Below are positions 30,156-40,942 of a stretch of 64,000 nucleotides of DNA, one piece after another. Position 1 is the stretch's first letter. Each line of letters begins with the position of its first letter. The notes beneath the pieces are model-generated. The model ran no database searches, was not told the origin of the DNA, and saw only the letters and a program-made list of their open reading frames with translations. The DNA comes from Spirochaetota bacterium (GTDB lineage Bacteria; Spirochaetota; UBA4802; JAFGDQ01). Position numbers and translations under genes: made by a program. Where the stretch lies: assembly GCA_043803405.1 (NCBI GenBank), contig JAZDKB010000019.1:256001-320000 (forward strand), read 5' to 3'.

Positions 30156-33100
30156 ATGCCGAAAAGAAACGATATAAAGAAAATACTGATAATAGGATCG
30201 GGCCCTATAGTTATAGGGCAGGCATGCGAGTTTGATTATTCGGGTTCGCAGGCATGCAAGGCTTTAAAAGAAGAAGGCTTTAAAGTTATACTGATAAATT
30301 CCAATCCCGCCACAATAATGACTGATCCGGAAATGGCAGACAGAACGTATATTGAGCCCATTACTGCGGAAGTAATCGAAAAAATAATTCAAAAAGAAAG
30401 TCCGGATGCCATTCTGCCGACAGTCGGCGGCCAGACTGCTTTGAACGCAGCAATGGATTTACATCACCTGGGAATTCTGGAAAAGTATAATGTTGAGCTG
30501 ATCGGGGCGAACATAGAATCAATAAAAAAAGCGGAAGACCGGGAACTGTTTAAGCAGGCGATGATAAAGATCGGCCTTAATGTGCCGGATTCTGGTATGG
30601 CTTCGAGCATGGAAGAAGCTTTGGAAGTTATGAAAAGAATAGCCCTTCCGATTATTATAAGGCCTGCTTTTACGCTTGGCGGCACGGGCGCGAATATAGT
30701 TTATAACAAGGAAGATTTTGTTGAGCTTGTAAGGAAGGGACTGGATGAATCGCCAATAAATAAGGTATTGCTGGAAGAGTCTGTGCTCGGCTGGAAAGAG
30801 TTCGAGCTTGAGGTAATGAGAGACACTAAGGATAATGTTGTAATAATTTGCTCCATAGAAAATTTTGATCCGATGGGCATACATACAGGCGATTCTATAA
30901 CTGTTGCTCCGCAGCAGACGCTTACAGACCGGGAATATCAGGATCTTAGGGATATGTCGATTGCCATAATAAGGGAGATCGGCGTAGATACCGGCGGGTC
31001 CAATATTCAGTTTGCAGTCAATCCGGCTGACGGCAGGGTGATGGTCATTGAAATGAATCCGCGCGTGTCGCGCTCATCCGCGCTTGCTTCCAAGGCTACC
31101 GGTTTCCCGATCGCAAAGATTGCCGCAAAGCTGGCTGTGGGGCTAACGCTCGATGAGATTGCGAACGATATTACCAGAGAGACGCCCGCCTGCTTTGAGC
31201 CGACTATCGATTATGTTGTTGTAAAAGTGCCAAGATGGGCATTCGAGAAATTTGAGGGAGCCGAGACTACTCTGGGCGCGCAAATGAAGTCCGTGGGCGA
31301 AGCGATGTCGATAGGGCGCACGTTTAAAGAATCCCTGCAAAAGGCGCTAAGGTCGCTCGAGACCGACAGATACGGTCTGGGTTCCGACGGGCACTTCGCT
31401 ATTGAAGAAGCAATCGACGCGCATCCTGCCAATTCCAGGGAGAGCTTTATCAACAGCGCACTTTCAAAACCAAGTGTTGACAGGATATTCTACATTAAAG
31501 AAGCTTTGAAGCGCGGATGGAGCAAGGAAAGCATTTATCAGTTATCATCCATTGATCCGTGGTTTTTAAGCCAGATAGAAGAGCTCGTAACCGCAGAAAA
31601 CGAATTTATCAAAATCAGCAAACCGGGTACGTCCGAGATTCTCAGAATGAAAATGCTGGGCTATTCCGACAGGCAGATCGGGTGTATGTCCGCATATAAC
31701 GAACTATACATATTATTTAAAAAGGGTGTTGAAGCTCAAAAGGAATTTTACAGAACCAGAAAACAAAAGGAAAAAGATGTCAGGGAATTCAGAATCAAGA
31801 ATAATATAATTCCGGGTTACAGGCTTGTGGATACATGCGGCGGCGAATTCGAAGCATACACCCCTTACTATTATTCCTCTTATGACAGTGAAGACGAATC
31901 GAGGGAATCAACACGGAAAAAAATTATGATCCTGGGCGGCGGGCCGAACAGGATAGGGCAGGGTATTGAATTCGATTACTGCTGCTGCCATGCTTCTTAT
32001 GCGTTAAGGGAAGAGGGGATCGATTCCATAATGGTCAACTCGAATCCGGAAACAGTATCCACGGATTACGATACTTCCGACAGGCTGTATTTTGAGCCTC
32101 TTACACTGGAAGATATCCTGCATATTTATGATAGGGAAAAACCAAACGGAGTAATAGTGCAATTCGGGGGGCAAACCCCGCTCCGCCTTGCGAAAGAACT
32201 CGAAGCCAATGGAGTAATTATTATCGGCACGTCGCCGGACTCTATTGACAGGGCGGAGGATAGAGAGAGATTTTCTAAAGTAGTCAGCGATCTTAAGCTG
32301 CTTCAGCCCGAAAACGGAATGGCGTTCACCAGGGATGATGCTGTCGGGATCGCGGAAAGGATCGGGTATCCTGTGCTTGTAAGACCGTCATACGTGCTGG
32401 GCGGCCGGGCAATGTCGATTGTGTACGACGAGAACAGTCTGAACGAATACATAAAGAGCGCTGTGCATCTTTCTCCTGAACATCCTATTTTAATAGATAA
32501 ATTCCTGGATGATGCAATTGAAGTCGATGTGGATGCTATATGCGATGGTCGGGATGTCTTCGTTGGTGCGGTAATGGAACACATTGAGCAGGCGGGTATT
32601 CATTCCGGCGATTCGGCATGTATCATCCCGCCTATGACATTAAAAGGAAAAATTTACGACGATATTATAGATGCTACAAAAAAGCTTGCAATGGAACTGA
32701 ACGTAATAGGGCTTTTAAATATACAGTTTGCAGTTAAGGATAATGAACTGTATGTAATAGAAGTAAATCCGCGCGCATCAAGGACAGTGCCGTTTGTGTC
32801 AAAGACAACAGGAGTACCGCTGGCAAAAATAGCGGTAAAAATAATGCTCGGCAAAAAACTGAAAGACCTTAATTTGATTGAAATGAAAAAGATACCGTAT
32901 GTCAGCGTTAAAGAAGCCGTGCTTCCATTCAGTAAATTTCCGGGCGTTGATACGATCCTTTCCCCTGAGATGAAATCTACAGGCGAGGTAATGGGAATTT
33001 CAGAAAATTTCGGGGAATCGTATTACAAGGCCGAATTGGGCGCCGGTGATATGCTGCCGAAAAAAGGCACGATATTTTTAAGCGTAAACAGAAAATCCAA

Positions 33101-33470
33101 ATATGATCTTCTGGATGAGATGAGGCTTCTTTCCCAGAACGGATTTCATTTAATCGCAACAGAAGGTACGGCGGAGTTCCTGAATAATAACGGGATCCCA
33201 TGCGACAGGATATTTAAGGTAAGCGAAGGGAGACCGAATATAATTGATCTTGTAAAAAATAAAGGCATTGATCTGATTGTGAACACACCGACAGGCAAAA
33301 TTCCAAGGTATGATGCATACACAATCAGGCAGGCTGCCGTAAGGTATCATATTCCTATTATGACGACTATCGCAGCTGCAAAGGCTGCGGTTCGCGGGCT
33401 GTTGGAAGTAAAGGCCAAGGGGGAACTTACCGTAAAGTCGATTCAGGAATATCACGCGGAGGTAACATAG
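30156..33470 (+). CDS. carB: Carbamoyl-phosphate synthase large subunit
   Basis: [29 protein letters not shown], duplicated ATP-grasp and MGS domain. Confidence 0.98.
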   Translation: MPKRNDIKKILIIGSGPIVIGQACEFDYSGSQACKALKEEGFKVILINSNPATIMTDPEMADRTYIEPITAEVIEKIIQKESPDAILPTVGGQTALNAAMDLHHLGILEKYNVELIGANIESIKKAEDRELFKQAMIKIGLNVPDSGMASSMEEALEVMKRIALPIIIRPAFTLGGTGANIVYNKEDFVELVRKGLDESPINKVLLEESVLGWKEFELEVMRDTKDNVVIICSIENFDPMGIHTGDSITVAPQQTLTDREYQDLRDMSIAIIREIGVDTGGSNIQFAVNPADGRVMVIEMNPRVSRSSALASKATGFPIAKIAAKLAVGLTLDEIANDITRETPACFEPTIDYVVVKVPRWAFEKFEGAETTLGAQMKSVGEAMSIGRTFKESLQKALRSLETDRYGLGSDGHFAIEEAIDAHPANSRESFINSALSKPSVDRIFYIKEALKRGWSKESIYQLSSIDPWFLSQIEELVTAENEFIKISKPGTSEILRMKMLGYSDRQIGCMSAYNELYILFKKGVEAQKEFYRTRKQKEKDVREFRIKNNIIPGYRLVDTCGGEFEAYTPYYYSSYDSEDESRESTRKKIMILGGGPNRIGQGIEFDYCCCHASYALREEGIDSIMVNSNPETVSTDYDTSDRLYFEPLTLEDILHIYDREKPNGVIVQFGGQTPLRLAKELEANGVIIIGTSPDSIDRAEDRERFSKVVSDLKLLQPENGMAFTRDDAVGIAERIGYPVLVRPSYVLGGRAMSIVYDENSLNEYIKSAVHLSPEHPILIDKFLDDAIEVDVDAICDGRDVFVGAVMEHIEQAGIHSGDSACIIPPMTLKGKIYDDIIDATKKLAMELNVIGLLNIQFAVKDNELYVIEVNPRASRTVPFVSKTTGVPLAKIAVKIMLGKKLKDLNLIEMKKIPYVSVKEAVLPFSKFPGVDTILSPEMKSTGEVMGISENFGESYYKAELGAGDMLPKKGTIFLSVNRKSKYDLLDEMRLLSQNGFHLIATEGTAEFLNNNGIPCDRIFKVSEGRPNIIDLVKNKGIDLIVNTPTGKIPRYDAYTIRQAAVRYHIPIMTTIAAAKAAVRGLLEVKAKGELTVKSIQEYHAEVT

Positions 33471-33474
33471 ATTC

Positions 33475-34014
33475 ATGACTAAAAAACTGATATTGGATAA
33501 TAAAGCGATAAACAAAATAATTGAAAACACAGCGCATGATATGTTTGACAGTTTAAAGTTAAAAGGTGAATTTGCGATTGTAGGTATACAGACCAGAGGT
33601 GTTGAGCTCGCAAACAGATTAAGGAAAAAACTGGAAGTGCTTACAGGCAGGGAAATTAAAAACGGCATTCTTGATATCACATTTTACAGGGATGACCTTG
33701 CCACCAGAGGATACCTGCCGGCCATTAAAGAAACGCGTATTGAATTTGATATAAACGGTATAACAGTTATTATTGTCGACGATGTGCTTTTTACAGGAAG
33801 GACAGTAAAAGCCGCGCTGGAAACATTGACCGGATTCGGCCGGCCTAAAGCGATAAAGCTTTTCACGCTTGTTGACAGAGGCAACAGGGAACTTCCAATA
33901 CAACCGGATTACTGCGGTTTTACAATTGAAACAGATTTGAAAGATGAAGTGCAGGTGCGACTTAACGGTACCGACAAAGTAGAAGATTCCGTATATCTGA
34001 TCAAAGGGCATTAG
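33475..34014 (+). CDS. pyrR: Bifunctional pyrimidine regulator / uracil phosphoribosyltransferase
   Basis: GIQTRG, LDITFYRDDL, VDDVLFTGRT and DRGNRELPI. Confidence 0.92.
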   Translation: MTKKLILDNKAINKIIENTAHDMFDSLKLKGEFAIVGIQTRGVELANRLRKKLEVLTGREIKNGILDITFYRDDLATRGYLPAIKETRIEFDINGITVIIVDDVLFTGRTVKAALETLTGFGRPKAIKLFTLVDRGNRELPIQPDYCGFTIETDLKDEVQVRLNGTDKVEDSVYLIKGH

Positions 34015-34043
34015 TTTCAGGTTATTCTCAGGATAAATATTAT

Positions 34044-34412
34044 ATGTATCGTTTAAAAGTATTTGATCATTTTTCTTCAGCTCATTTTCTAAACGGATAC
34101 AAGGGCAAGTGCGAATCCCTGCACGGGCATAACTGGAAGGTGGAGGCAGAAGTTGAAGGCGAAAAGCTTGACAATTTGGGCATGTTGATTGATTTTAAGA
34201 TATTGCGAAAACTTCTTGGGGAAATTCTAAAAGAAATGGATCATCGGCTTCTTAATGATATGGATGTTTTTAAAAACAGCAATCCCAGCGCTGAGCTTAT
34301 TGCGGAGTATATATATAATAAATTCCGGCAAATGCTGCCCGAAGGAGTAACCGTATCAAGTATCTCCGTATGGGAAACTGAACGGTCACAAGCAATTTAT
34401 TTCAAGGCGTAA
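34044..34412 (+). CDS. queD: 6-carboxytetrahydropterin synthase
   Basis: FSSAH, CESLHGHNW, DH..LN, NPSAE and VWET. Confidence 0.92.
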   Translation: MYRLKVFDHFSSAHFLNGYKGKCESLHGHNWKVEAEVEGEKLDNLGMLIDFKILRKLLGEILKEMDHRLLNDMDVFKNSNPSAELIAEYIYNKFRQMLPEGVTVSSISVWETERSQAIYFKA

Positions 34413-34453
34413 TACTTCGGCCCTTGCGTTGAGGATTAAAACATACTACCTAA

Positions 34454-35008
34454 ATGAATAAAGAAAAAATAAAAAAAGCAATATACGATTTATTAATCGC
34501 AATAGGTGATGATCCGGAACGCCCCGGCATTAAAGACACGCCGGAGAGAATGGCGGAGATGTATTCGGAACTGCTGTCGGGAACCGAAGAGCAGGCAGCG
34601 CGGGTAATTCAGGAGACACACGAGCTTAACCACGATGGAATGGTGCTCTTAAAGGATATTCCGTTTTATTCGATATGTGAACATCATTTATTGCCTTTTT
34701 TTGGCAAGTGCCATATCGCATATATACCGGACGATAACAAGGTTGTCGGAATAAGCAAACTTGCAAAAGTTGTAGATATTCTCAGCAGGGGTCTTCAGAT
34801 ACAGGAAAGGCTTACAACGCAGATAGTTGAAACAATAATGAAGAGCTTAAAGCCAAAAGGTGTGGGAGTTGTAATGGAAGCGAGACATCTTTGCATGGAG
34901 ATGAGAGGAATACAGAAACAAAATGCTTTCACAATAACTTCCGATGTTAGAGGAGTATTCCGCGCGGACATTAGAACACGGGAAGAATTTTTAAAATTAA
35001 TAAAATAA
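34454..35008 (+). CDS. folE: GTP cyclohydrolase I
   Basis: DTPER, SICEHHLLPF, QIQERLT and HLCMEMRG. Confidence 0.95.
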   Translation: MNKEKIKKAIYDLLIAIGDDPERPGIKDTPERMAEMYSELLSGTEEQAARVIQETHELNHDGMVLLKDIPFYSICEHHLLPFFGKCHIAYIPDDNKVVGISKLAKVVDILSRGLQIQERLTTQIVETIMKSLKPKGVGVVMEARHLCMEMRGIQKQNAFTITSDVRGVFRADIRTREEFLKLIK

Positions 35009-35036
35009 TTACGTGAATTTATATTTTAAAGGGTAA

Positions 35037-35981
35037 ATGGTTATGAGCGATAAGATGAAAATTTTTTCAGGGACTTCCAATCCTAAACTGGCTAAAGGCA
35101 TTACAGATCATCTTGGTATGACTCTGTCGGATATTGAATTAAAAAAATTCAGCGATGGAGAAATATCTGTAAAGATCAAGGAAAATGTCCGGGGCGCTGA
35201 GATTTTTGTAGTCCAATCTACATGCGGTCCTGTTAACGATAACATAATTGAGTTATTGCTGATAATTGATGCAGCGCGACGGGCATCGGCGAATAGTATT
35301 ACTGCCGTAATCCCGTATTTCGGCTATGCGCGCCAGGACAGGAAAGTGGAACCCCGTGTACCGATCTCCTCAAAAGTAATGGCCAATATACTTCAGACCT
35401 CCGGAATAAAAAGAGTTCTCACAATGGATCTGCATGCCGACCAGATTCAGGGTTTTTTCGATATTCCGGTCGATAATTTGTTCGGTTCTCTTATGTGCGT
35501 TGATCATATACTGAAAATGAAGATAAAAGATCTGGTAGTTGTTTCTCCTGATGCAGGCGGTGTCGACAGGGCGAGATTCTATGCAAGAAAAGTCAATGCC
35601 GGTCTGGCTATTATAGATAAACGCAGGGAAATGGCAAATGTCTCCGAAGTAATGAATATACTTGGGGATGTCAGGGGAAAGAACTGCATTTTAATTGATG
35701 ATATTATTGATACAGCCGGTTCTATTTCGGGCGCTGCAAGAGCATTAAGGGAAAATGGGGCAGATAAAGTGTTCTGTTATGCCGCTCACGGGGTTTTCTC
35801 GGGCAAGGCATACGAAAAGCTGAAAGAGGCGCCATTTGAAGAAATTATTTTTACTGATACAATCCCTGTCGATGAAACCAAGAAACTCAATAATATGCGT
35901 ATATTGTCTGTAGCCAGTTTGTTCGGAGAAGCCATAAAGAGAATATATAAAGGAGAATCCATCAGTTCTCTTTTTGTTTGA
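35037..35981 (+). CDS. prs: Ribose-phosphate pyrophosphokinase
   Basis: FSDGEI, YARQDRK, DLHADQIQGFF, SPDAGG and DDIIDTAGS. Confidence 0.96.
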   Translation: MVMSDKMKIFSGTSNPKLAKGITDHLGMTLSDIELKKFSDGEISVKIKENVRGAEIFVVQSTCGPVNDNIIELLLIIDAARRASANSITAVIPYFGYARQDRKVEPRVPISSKVMANILQTSGIKRVLTMDLHADQIQGFFDIPVDNLFGSLMCVDHILKMKIKDLVVVSPDAGGVDRARFYARKVNAGLAIIDKRREMANVSEVMNILGDVRGKNCILIDDIIDTAGSISGAARALRENGADKVFCYAAHGVFSGKAYEKLKEAPFEEIIFTDTIPVDETKKLNNMRILSVASLFGEAIKRIYKGESISSLFV

Positions 35982-36025
35982 GATTCAAAATTTTAAAAAT
36001 ATATCTGAGCAATAATAAATACTTA

Positions 36026-37111
36026 ATGAAAGTTAACGGAAAAGATTACAGAACGATCTGGATGGAAGGTCAGGTTATACGCATAATAAATCAGGTTCTT
36101 CTTCCTCATTCATTTGAAATTATCAATATTAATAATCTTGAAGAGTTAAAGAAATCGATCAATGATATGAATATACGCGGGGCCGGAGCAATCGGAGCTG
36201 CTGCCGGATACGGACTCGCGCAGGCCGGGCTTTCTGCAAATAACGCTGACTTTTTTCAGAAAGTCGGACTGGCTGCCGATGAATTAAAACGCACGCGCCC
36301 GACAGCGCAGAATTTGTTTACTATAGTTAACGGTATTTTAAAAAAAGTCAACAATTACACCGATCCGGATAAGGCGAGGGATGCGCTTGTAAAAGAAGCA
36401 CAGTATTATGCGGACCTGGATGCCGAAGCGTGCAGAAAGATCGGAATGTACGGCTCAGGTTTAATCAAGGACGGAGCGCAGATATCGACACACTGTAATG
36501 CAGGCTGGCTTGCATTTGTCGACTGGGGTAGCGCACTTTCGCCTGTCTATTATGCGGTGAAAGAACAAAAAAAGAATGTTTTTGTTTACGTGGATGAGAC
36601 AAGGCCAAGATGTCAGGGTGCAAACCTGACAGCCTGGGAACTTCTTCAGGAAAATATTCCTCATTCAATAATAGCGGATAATGTTACGGGCGCTCTTATG
36701 TGGAGAGGAAAAATTGACATAGTAATCGTAGGAGCAGACAGGATTGCACGTAATGGAGATGTTGCCAATAAAATCGGCACTTATTCATCTGCCGTTGTTG
36801 CGAAGGAAAACAAAATTCCATTTTATGTGGCTGCGCCTATAACAACAATAGATCCGAATTGCGAATCAGGCAGATCAATACCAATCGAAGAGAGGGATCA
36901 GGATGAAACTCTTTTTATGTCGGGGCTAGATGCAAAAGGGAATCTGTCAAAAGTCAGAATAGCTCCCAAGGGATGCACGGCGTTAAACATAGGATTCGAT
37001 GTTACCCCTGCTGAATATATAAAAGGAATAATCACCGAAAACGGTATTTTCCCGGCAAGTAAAAAAGGGATTGAAGAAATATTAAAGGGCAGTTCAAATG
37101 TATACAAATAA
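36026..37111 (+). CDS. mtnA: S-methyl-5-thioribose-1-phosphate isomerase
   Basis: IRGAGAIG, RPTA.NL, THCNAGWLA, DETRP..QG and GADRIA.NGD.ANKIGT; start moved to ATG 36026. Confidence 0.93.
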   Translation: MKVNGKDYRTIWMEGQVIRIINQVLLPHSFEIININNLEELKKSINDMNIRGAGAIGAAAGYGLAQAGLSANNADFFQKVGLAADELKRTRPTAQNLFTIVNGILKKVNNYTDPDKARDALVKEAQYYADLDAEACRKIGMYGSGLIKDGAQISTHCNAGWLAFVDWGSALSPVYYAVKEQKKNVFVYVDETRPRCQGANLTAWELLQENIPHSIIADNVTGALMWRGKIDIVIVGADRIARNGDVANKIGTYSSAVVAKENKIPFYVAAPITTIDPNCESGRSIPIEERDQDETLFMSGLDAKGNLSKVRIAPKGCTALNIGFDVTPAEYIKGIITENGIFPASKKGIEEILKGSSNVYK

Positions 37112-37532
37112 AAAAATAATTGTCGGGTCCGATCATGGGGGATTCGAGTTAAAAAGTATAATTCTAAGGCACTTAAGGGATTCCGGTTTAGATGTTGAAG
37201 ATGCCGGATGCCACTCGCAGGATTCATGCGATTATCCTGTTTACGGGAAGATAGTTGCCGATAAGGTTATTGAAGCAAAATGCCGGGGGATCCTTTTATG
37301 CGGCACAGGCATTGGAATGAGCATTGTTGCCAACCGTATTCCGGGCATAAGAGCTGCTCTTTGCCATAACGAATATACAGCCAGGATGTCGAGAATGCAT
37401 AATGATGCAAATATTCTTATTCTCGGCGCAAGGGTCATCGGGTCAGGGCTGGCAATTGATATTGTGAATATATGGCTTAATACGGAATTCGAAGGCGGCC
37501 GCCATCAGAAAAGACTGGATTTAATAAAATAA
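37098..37532 (+). CDS. rpiB: Ribose-5-phosphate isomerase B
   Basis: GSDHGG, DYP, CGTGIGMS, HNDANIL and FEGGRH. Confidence 0.95.
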   Translation: MYTNKKIIVGSDHGGFELKSIILRHLRDSGLDVEDAGCHSQDSCDYPVYGKIVADKVIEAKCRGILLCGTGIGMSIVANRIPGIRAALCHNEYTARMSRMHNDANILILGARVIGSGLAIDIVNIWLNTEFEGGRHQKRLDLIK

Positions 37533-37735
37533 TTTACTCATGTTGGCTGATTTTTTCCGTAATATTATTGTTAAATTATGAATAAATGTCATAGTAATCA
37601 TCAATTTTGAGGCGGCAGGACGCCGCCGCGAGCCGCTTCTTACAGGATGTATGCATTAGCGGCGAGAAAAATGATGATTACTATGACATTTATCTTGTAT
37701 GCATAATAAAAAAGTCAGTAAAGTTGAGTTAATTA
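37530..37735. repeat. ~200-bp nested palindromic MITE-like element, subfamily B copy 1 (core with two CAGGA hairpins)
   Basis: Inner inverted repeat 37582-37608/37667-37693 (26/27); core nearly identical to 61364-61421. Confidence 0.88.
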
Positions 37736-37838
37736 CAAAAAGATGCAAGTAAATTTAACTTTATAGATCATAATAGCAAAAATTGAGTTAAAGATAATTA
37801 AAATTTCTTTAAAAATTTAAAACGGAGAGTAATAAATC

Positions 37839-38987
37839 ATGAAAGATTTTCTTTTTACATCCGAGTCGGTTTCAGAAGGCCATCCGGATAAAGTTGCAGA
37901 TCAGATATCGGACGCGGTTGTTGACGCATATATAGCGAAGGATCCTAAATCCAGGGTTGCCTGCGAAACTCTGGTTACAACCAATCTGATAGTGATGTCG
38001 GGCGAGATAACTTCAAAGGGAGAGGTTGACTTTGAAAAGATAGCCAGGAAGGTTGTTGCAGATATCGGGTATAATGACCCGGAAGTAGGGTTCGATGCAA
38101 ATTCATGCAAGGTTGAACTTTATATGCATCCGCAGTCGCCGGATATATCCCAGGGAGTAACAGAAGGAGAAGGACTTTTTAAAGAACAGGGTGCCGGGGA
38201 CCAGGGCATGATGTTCGGATACGCAATAAACGAAACCGACGTTTTAATGCCTATGCCGATTCTGTACGCCCACAGGCTGGTTGAATATTTAGCTAAAATT
38301 CGCAAAGAAAAAAAGCTTTCATTTCTAAGACCCGATTCCAAATCACAGGTTACAATAGAATACAGGGATAATAAACCGTACAGGGTCGATACTATCGTAA
38401 TATCAACCCAGCATTCTCCCGAAGCAACACACAAACAGATCACGGAAGGCGTAATCGAGGAAGTAATAAAGAAAATCATCCCGGATAAATTATTAAGCAA
38501 GGATACAAAAATCTATGTGAATCCTACCGGAAGATTTGAAATAGGCGGGCCTCATGGAGATACAGGATTAACAGGCAGAAAAATAATTGTAGATACATAC
38601 GGCGGATGGGGGAGACACGGCGGCGGAGCTTTTTCCGGCAAAGATCCGTCAAAAGTAGACAGGTCTGCGGCATATATGGGACGCTATGTTGCAAAAAATA
38701 TAGTTGCAGCAGGATTGGCGGAAAGATGCGAAGTGCAGATTGCTTATGCAATAGGCGTTGCCGAACCAGTGTCCGTATTGATCGATACATTCGGGACAAA
38801 TAAAATAGATGAAAAGCAAATCAGCGAGCGCGTGCGTAAAGTGTTCGGATTAAAACCAGCTGAAATAATCAGTACGTTGAATTTACTGCGGCCGGTATTT
38901 TTGCCTACAGCATCTTATGGGCATTTCGGCAGGACTGGAGACGGATTTACGTGGGAGAAAACCGATAAAGCCGATAAACTAAAATAA
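37839..38987 (+). CDS. metK: S-adenosylmethionine synthetase
   Basis: [27 protein letters not shown] and GGGAFSGKD. Confidence 0.98.
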   Translation: MKDFLFTSESVSEGHPDKVADQISDAVVDAYIAKDPKSRVACETLVTTNLIVMSGEITSKGEVDFEKIARKVVADIGYNDPEVGFDANSCKVELYMHPQSPDISQGVTEGEGLFKEQGAGDQGMMFGYAINETDVLMPMPILYAHRLVEYLAKIRKEKKLSFLRPDSKSQVTIEYRDNKPYRVDTIVISTQHSPEATHKQITEGVIEEVIKKIIPDKLLSKDTKIYVNPTGRFEIGGPHGDTGLTGRKIIVDTYGGWGRHGGGAFSGKDPSKVDRSAAYMGRYVAKNIVAAGLAERCEVQIAYAIGVAEPVSVLIDTFGTNKIDEKQISERVRKVFGLKPAEIISTLNLLRPVFLPTASYGHFGRTGDGFTWEKTDKADKLK

Positions 38988-38998
38988 AGGTATAATCT

Positions 38999-39520
38999 AT
39001 GAACATACTTGATATTAAAAAGATTATTCGCGATGTGCATGATTTCCCCAAAAAAGGAATAATCTTTAAAGATATAACGACGCATCTAAAGCACCCACTG
39101 GCCTTTAAAACATCAATTGATCTATTGGCTAAAGAATGTAAGAAATATTCTGTGCAAAAGGTGCTCGGTATTGAGTCCAGAGGATTTATCTTTGCCGTAC
39201 CAATTGCGATGGAACTTAACGTTGGTTTTGTACCTATAAGAAAACCTGGCAAATTACCCGCAGATACAATTTCAGAAACATACGACCTGGAATATGGTAC
39301 AGACTCCATCGAAATACATAAAGACGCAATAAATCCGGGTGAGAATGTAGTAATCATTGATGATTTGCTTGCTACCGGAGGGACTGCGGCAGCAGCATGT
39401 AAATTGGTTGAAAAATGCGGCGGTAATCCGGTACTTATTGCATTTTTAATAGAGCTTACATTTTTGGACGGACGTGAAAAACTTAAAGGCCGAAATGTGT
39501 TTGCGTTGCTGGATTTTTAA
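38999..39520 (+). CDS. apt: Adenine phosphoribosyltransferase
   Basis: DFPK.GI.FKDIT, ESRGF, RKPGKLP, LEYG and DDLLATGGT. Confidence 0.96.
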   Translation: MNILDIKKIIRDVHDFPKKGIIFKDITTHLKHPLAFKTSIDLLAKECKKYSVQKVLGIESRGFIFAVPIAMELNVGFVPIRKPGKLPADTISETYDLEYGTDSIEIHKDAINPGENVVIIDDLLATGGTAAAACKLVEKCGGNPVLIAFLIELTFLDGREKLKGRNVFALLDF

Positions 39521-39544
39521 AGTTTTTGTGGTATTTTTACATCA

Positions 39545-39586
39545 CACAGAGATTGTAGTCAGTAATTACTTTCTATGATCTCTGTG
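39545..39586. terminator. Stem-loop between convergent genes
   Basis: CACAGAGATTGTAG...CTATGATCTCTGTG inverted repeat. Confidence 0.55.
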
Positions 39587-39618
39587 GATTTTATTAGGAA
39601 TGATTTTGTTTTAACTAT

Positions 39619-40464
39619 TTAACTTATTAAATTTTCCAGAGTTTTCCTGCCATGTTTTGTTAATTCAACCATAACCGGATCATTGATATTGCCTTTACAG
39701 TAATTAAGCATATTAAAATGGCTTAACCATGTAAAAATGCTGAAGTCAAGAAAAGATGAAAGTAATAAATCGCCGGTGCAGTAGAATTTTATCTTTTTAA
39801 AAAAGGTATTGGATATTTTATCTATCCGGAATTGGCCATGTTTGGAAAGCATTAGATCAATTAGTAAGTTTTTGTTTTTTTGTAAAACATCGGCAGCTTC
39901 CGGCATTGAAGGAAACAGCTCCCTCCACTTACTTTTATTCCAGAATGAATTTAGCAGCATAAAAAATAATTGAATATTCATATACGCAAGATCTTTGACT
40001 GTTATGAATTCGTTTAGAAGATTAGTAGTATCGGTATTCTTTAAAATTAGTATAAATTGTTTAATATATAATAAAATTAATTCCTCATCATTATATTTAT
40101 TAAATAAAAAAGCGCTCAAAGAATGATTCAAACAGCAATGACAGAATTCCTCGTTTAAAATATATTTTAAATTCTTGTTGCTGGAATTTTTATCAACGTT
40201 TTGCAGCGCAATTCGTGAAAATCGCATTATAATTGAATTATTAATTGCCCCATGAAAATCGCGATCAATTTTATTGATAAGTAAGTGCCGCGAATCACAG
40301 ACTGCCGCATTGCATTTTTTCCGGCCTAATGTCAGGCTGAGAGGATTAATCGCTAACCTATGATTAATTTTATCTGTACTTCTGTTCGGATTTAGATATA
40401 GAGCATCCTTGATCTTGCTGTTCTTTTCACTGATACTGCTGATCTCAAAATTGCTTTTTTTCAT
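39619..40464 (-). CDS. Hypothetical protein
   Basis: 281-aa ORF in an AT-rich segment; no recognised motif. Confidence 0.6.
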   Translation of the reverse strand: MKKSNFEISSISEKNSKIKDALYLNPNRSTDKINHRLAINPLSLTLGRKKCNAAVCDSRHLLINKIDRDFHGAINNSIIMRFSRIALQNVDKNSSNKNLKYILNEEFCHCCLNHSLSAFLFNKYNDEELILLYIKQFILILKNTDTTNLLNEFITVKDLAYMNIQLFFMLLNSFWNKSKWRELFPSMPEAADVLQKNKNLLIDLMLSKHGQFRIDKISNTFFKKIKFYCTGDLLLSSFLDFSIFTWLSHFNMLNYCKGNINDPVMVELTKHGRKTLENLIS

Positions 40465-40720
40465 TAATTTTACTCTTGCTCCATGAATAATTAATGTTAA
40501 ATTTAAAATTGAATAATGAAAAAAATATTCTTTTTTGTATAAAATAAAAAATTTGCAGATGTTAAAGCTCTAAATCAGATGATTTTTTAATATATCGAGA
40601 ATTAGAAGTCAACGATTATTGTAATTAATTGGCAAATTAATCCGATTTTTTAAAAAAAATTAAAAAATTTTTTATATTGTATTATTTGCATTGGTTGTAA
40701 TTTTTTTTATTAAAACATTT

Positions 40721-40757
40721 TGTTGATAATATAGTAATAAGTGTTGATAATATAGTA
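40721..40757. repeat. 16-bp direct repeat (TGTTGATAATATAGTA x2, 21-bp period)
   Basis: 40721-40736 is identical to 40742-40757. Confidence 0.75.
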
Positions 40758-40942
40758 GATTATTTGTTAATATATGTCGGTATACTAGATGCGGATTTTA
40801 TGTGACCTGGTTTTTAATATTTTTAAAAAAAATGGAAAAGTTTTTTTTATTTATGGGAATATACCCGGACATACTTATAAAACTCATAGTGTGACAATTA
40901 TTTTAGGACTGGAATTAATCTTTCAGCATTAATCCCTGGTTA

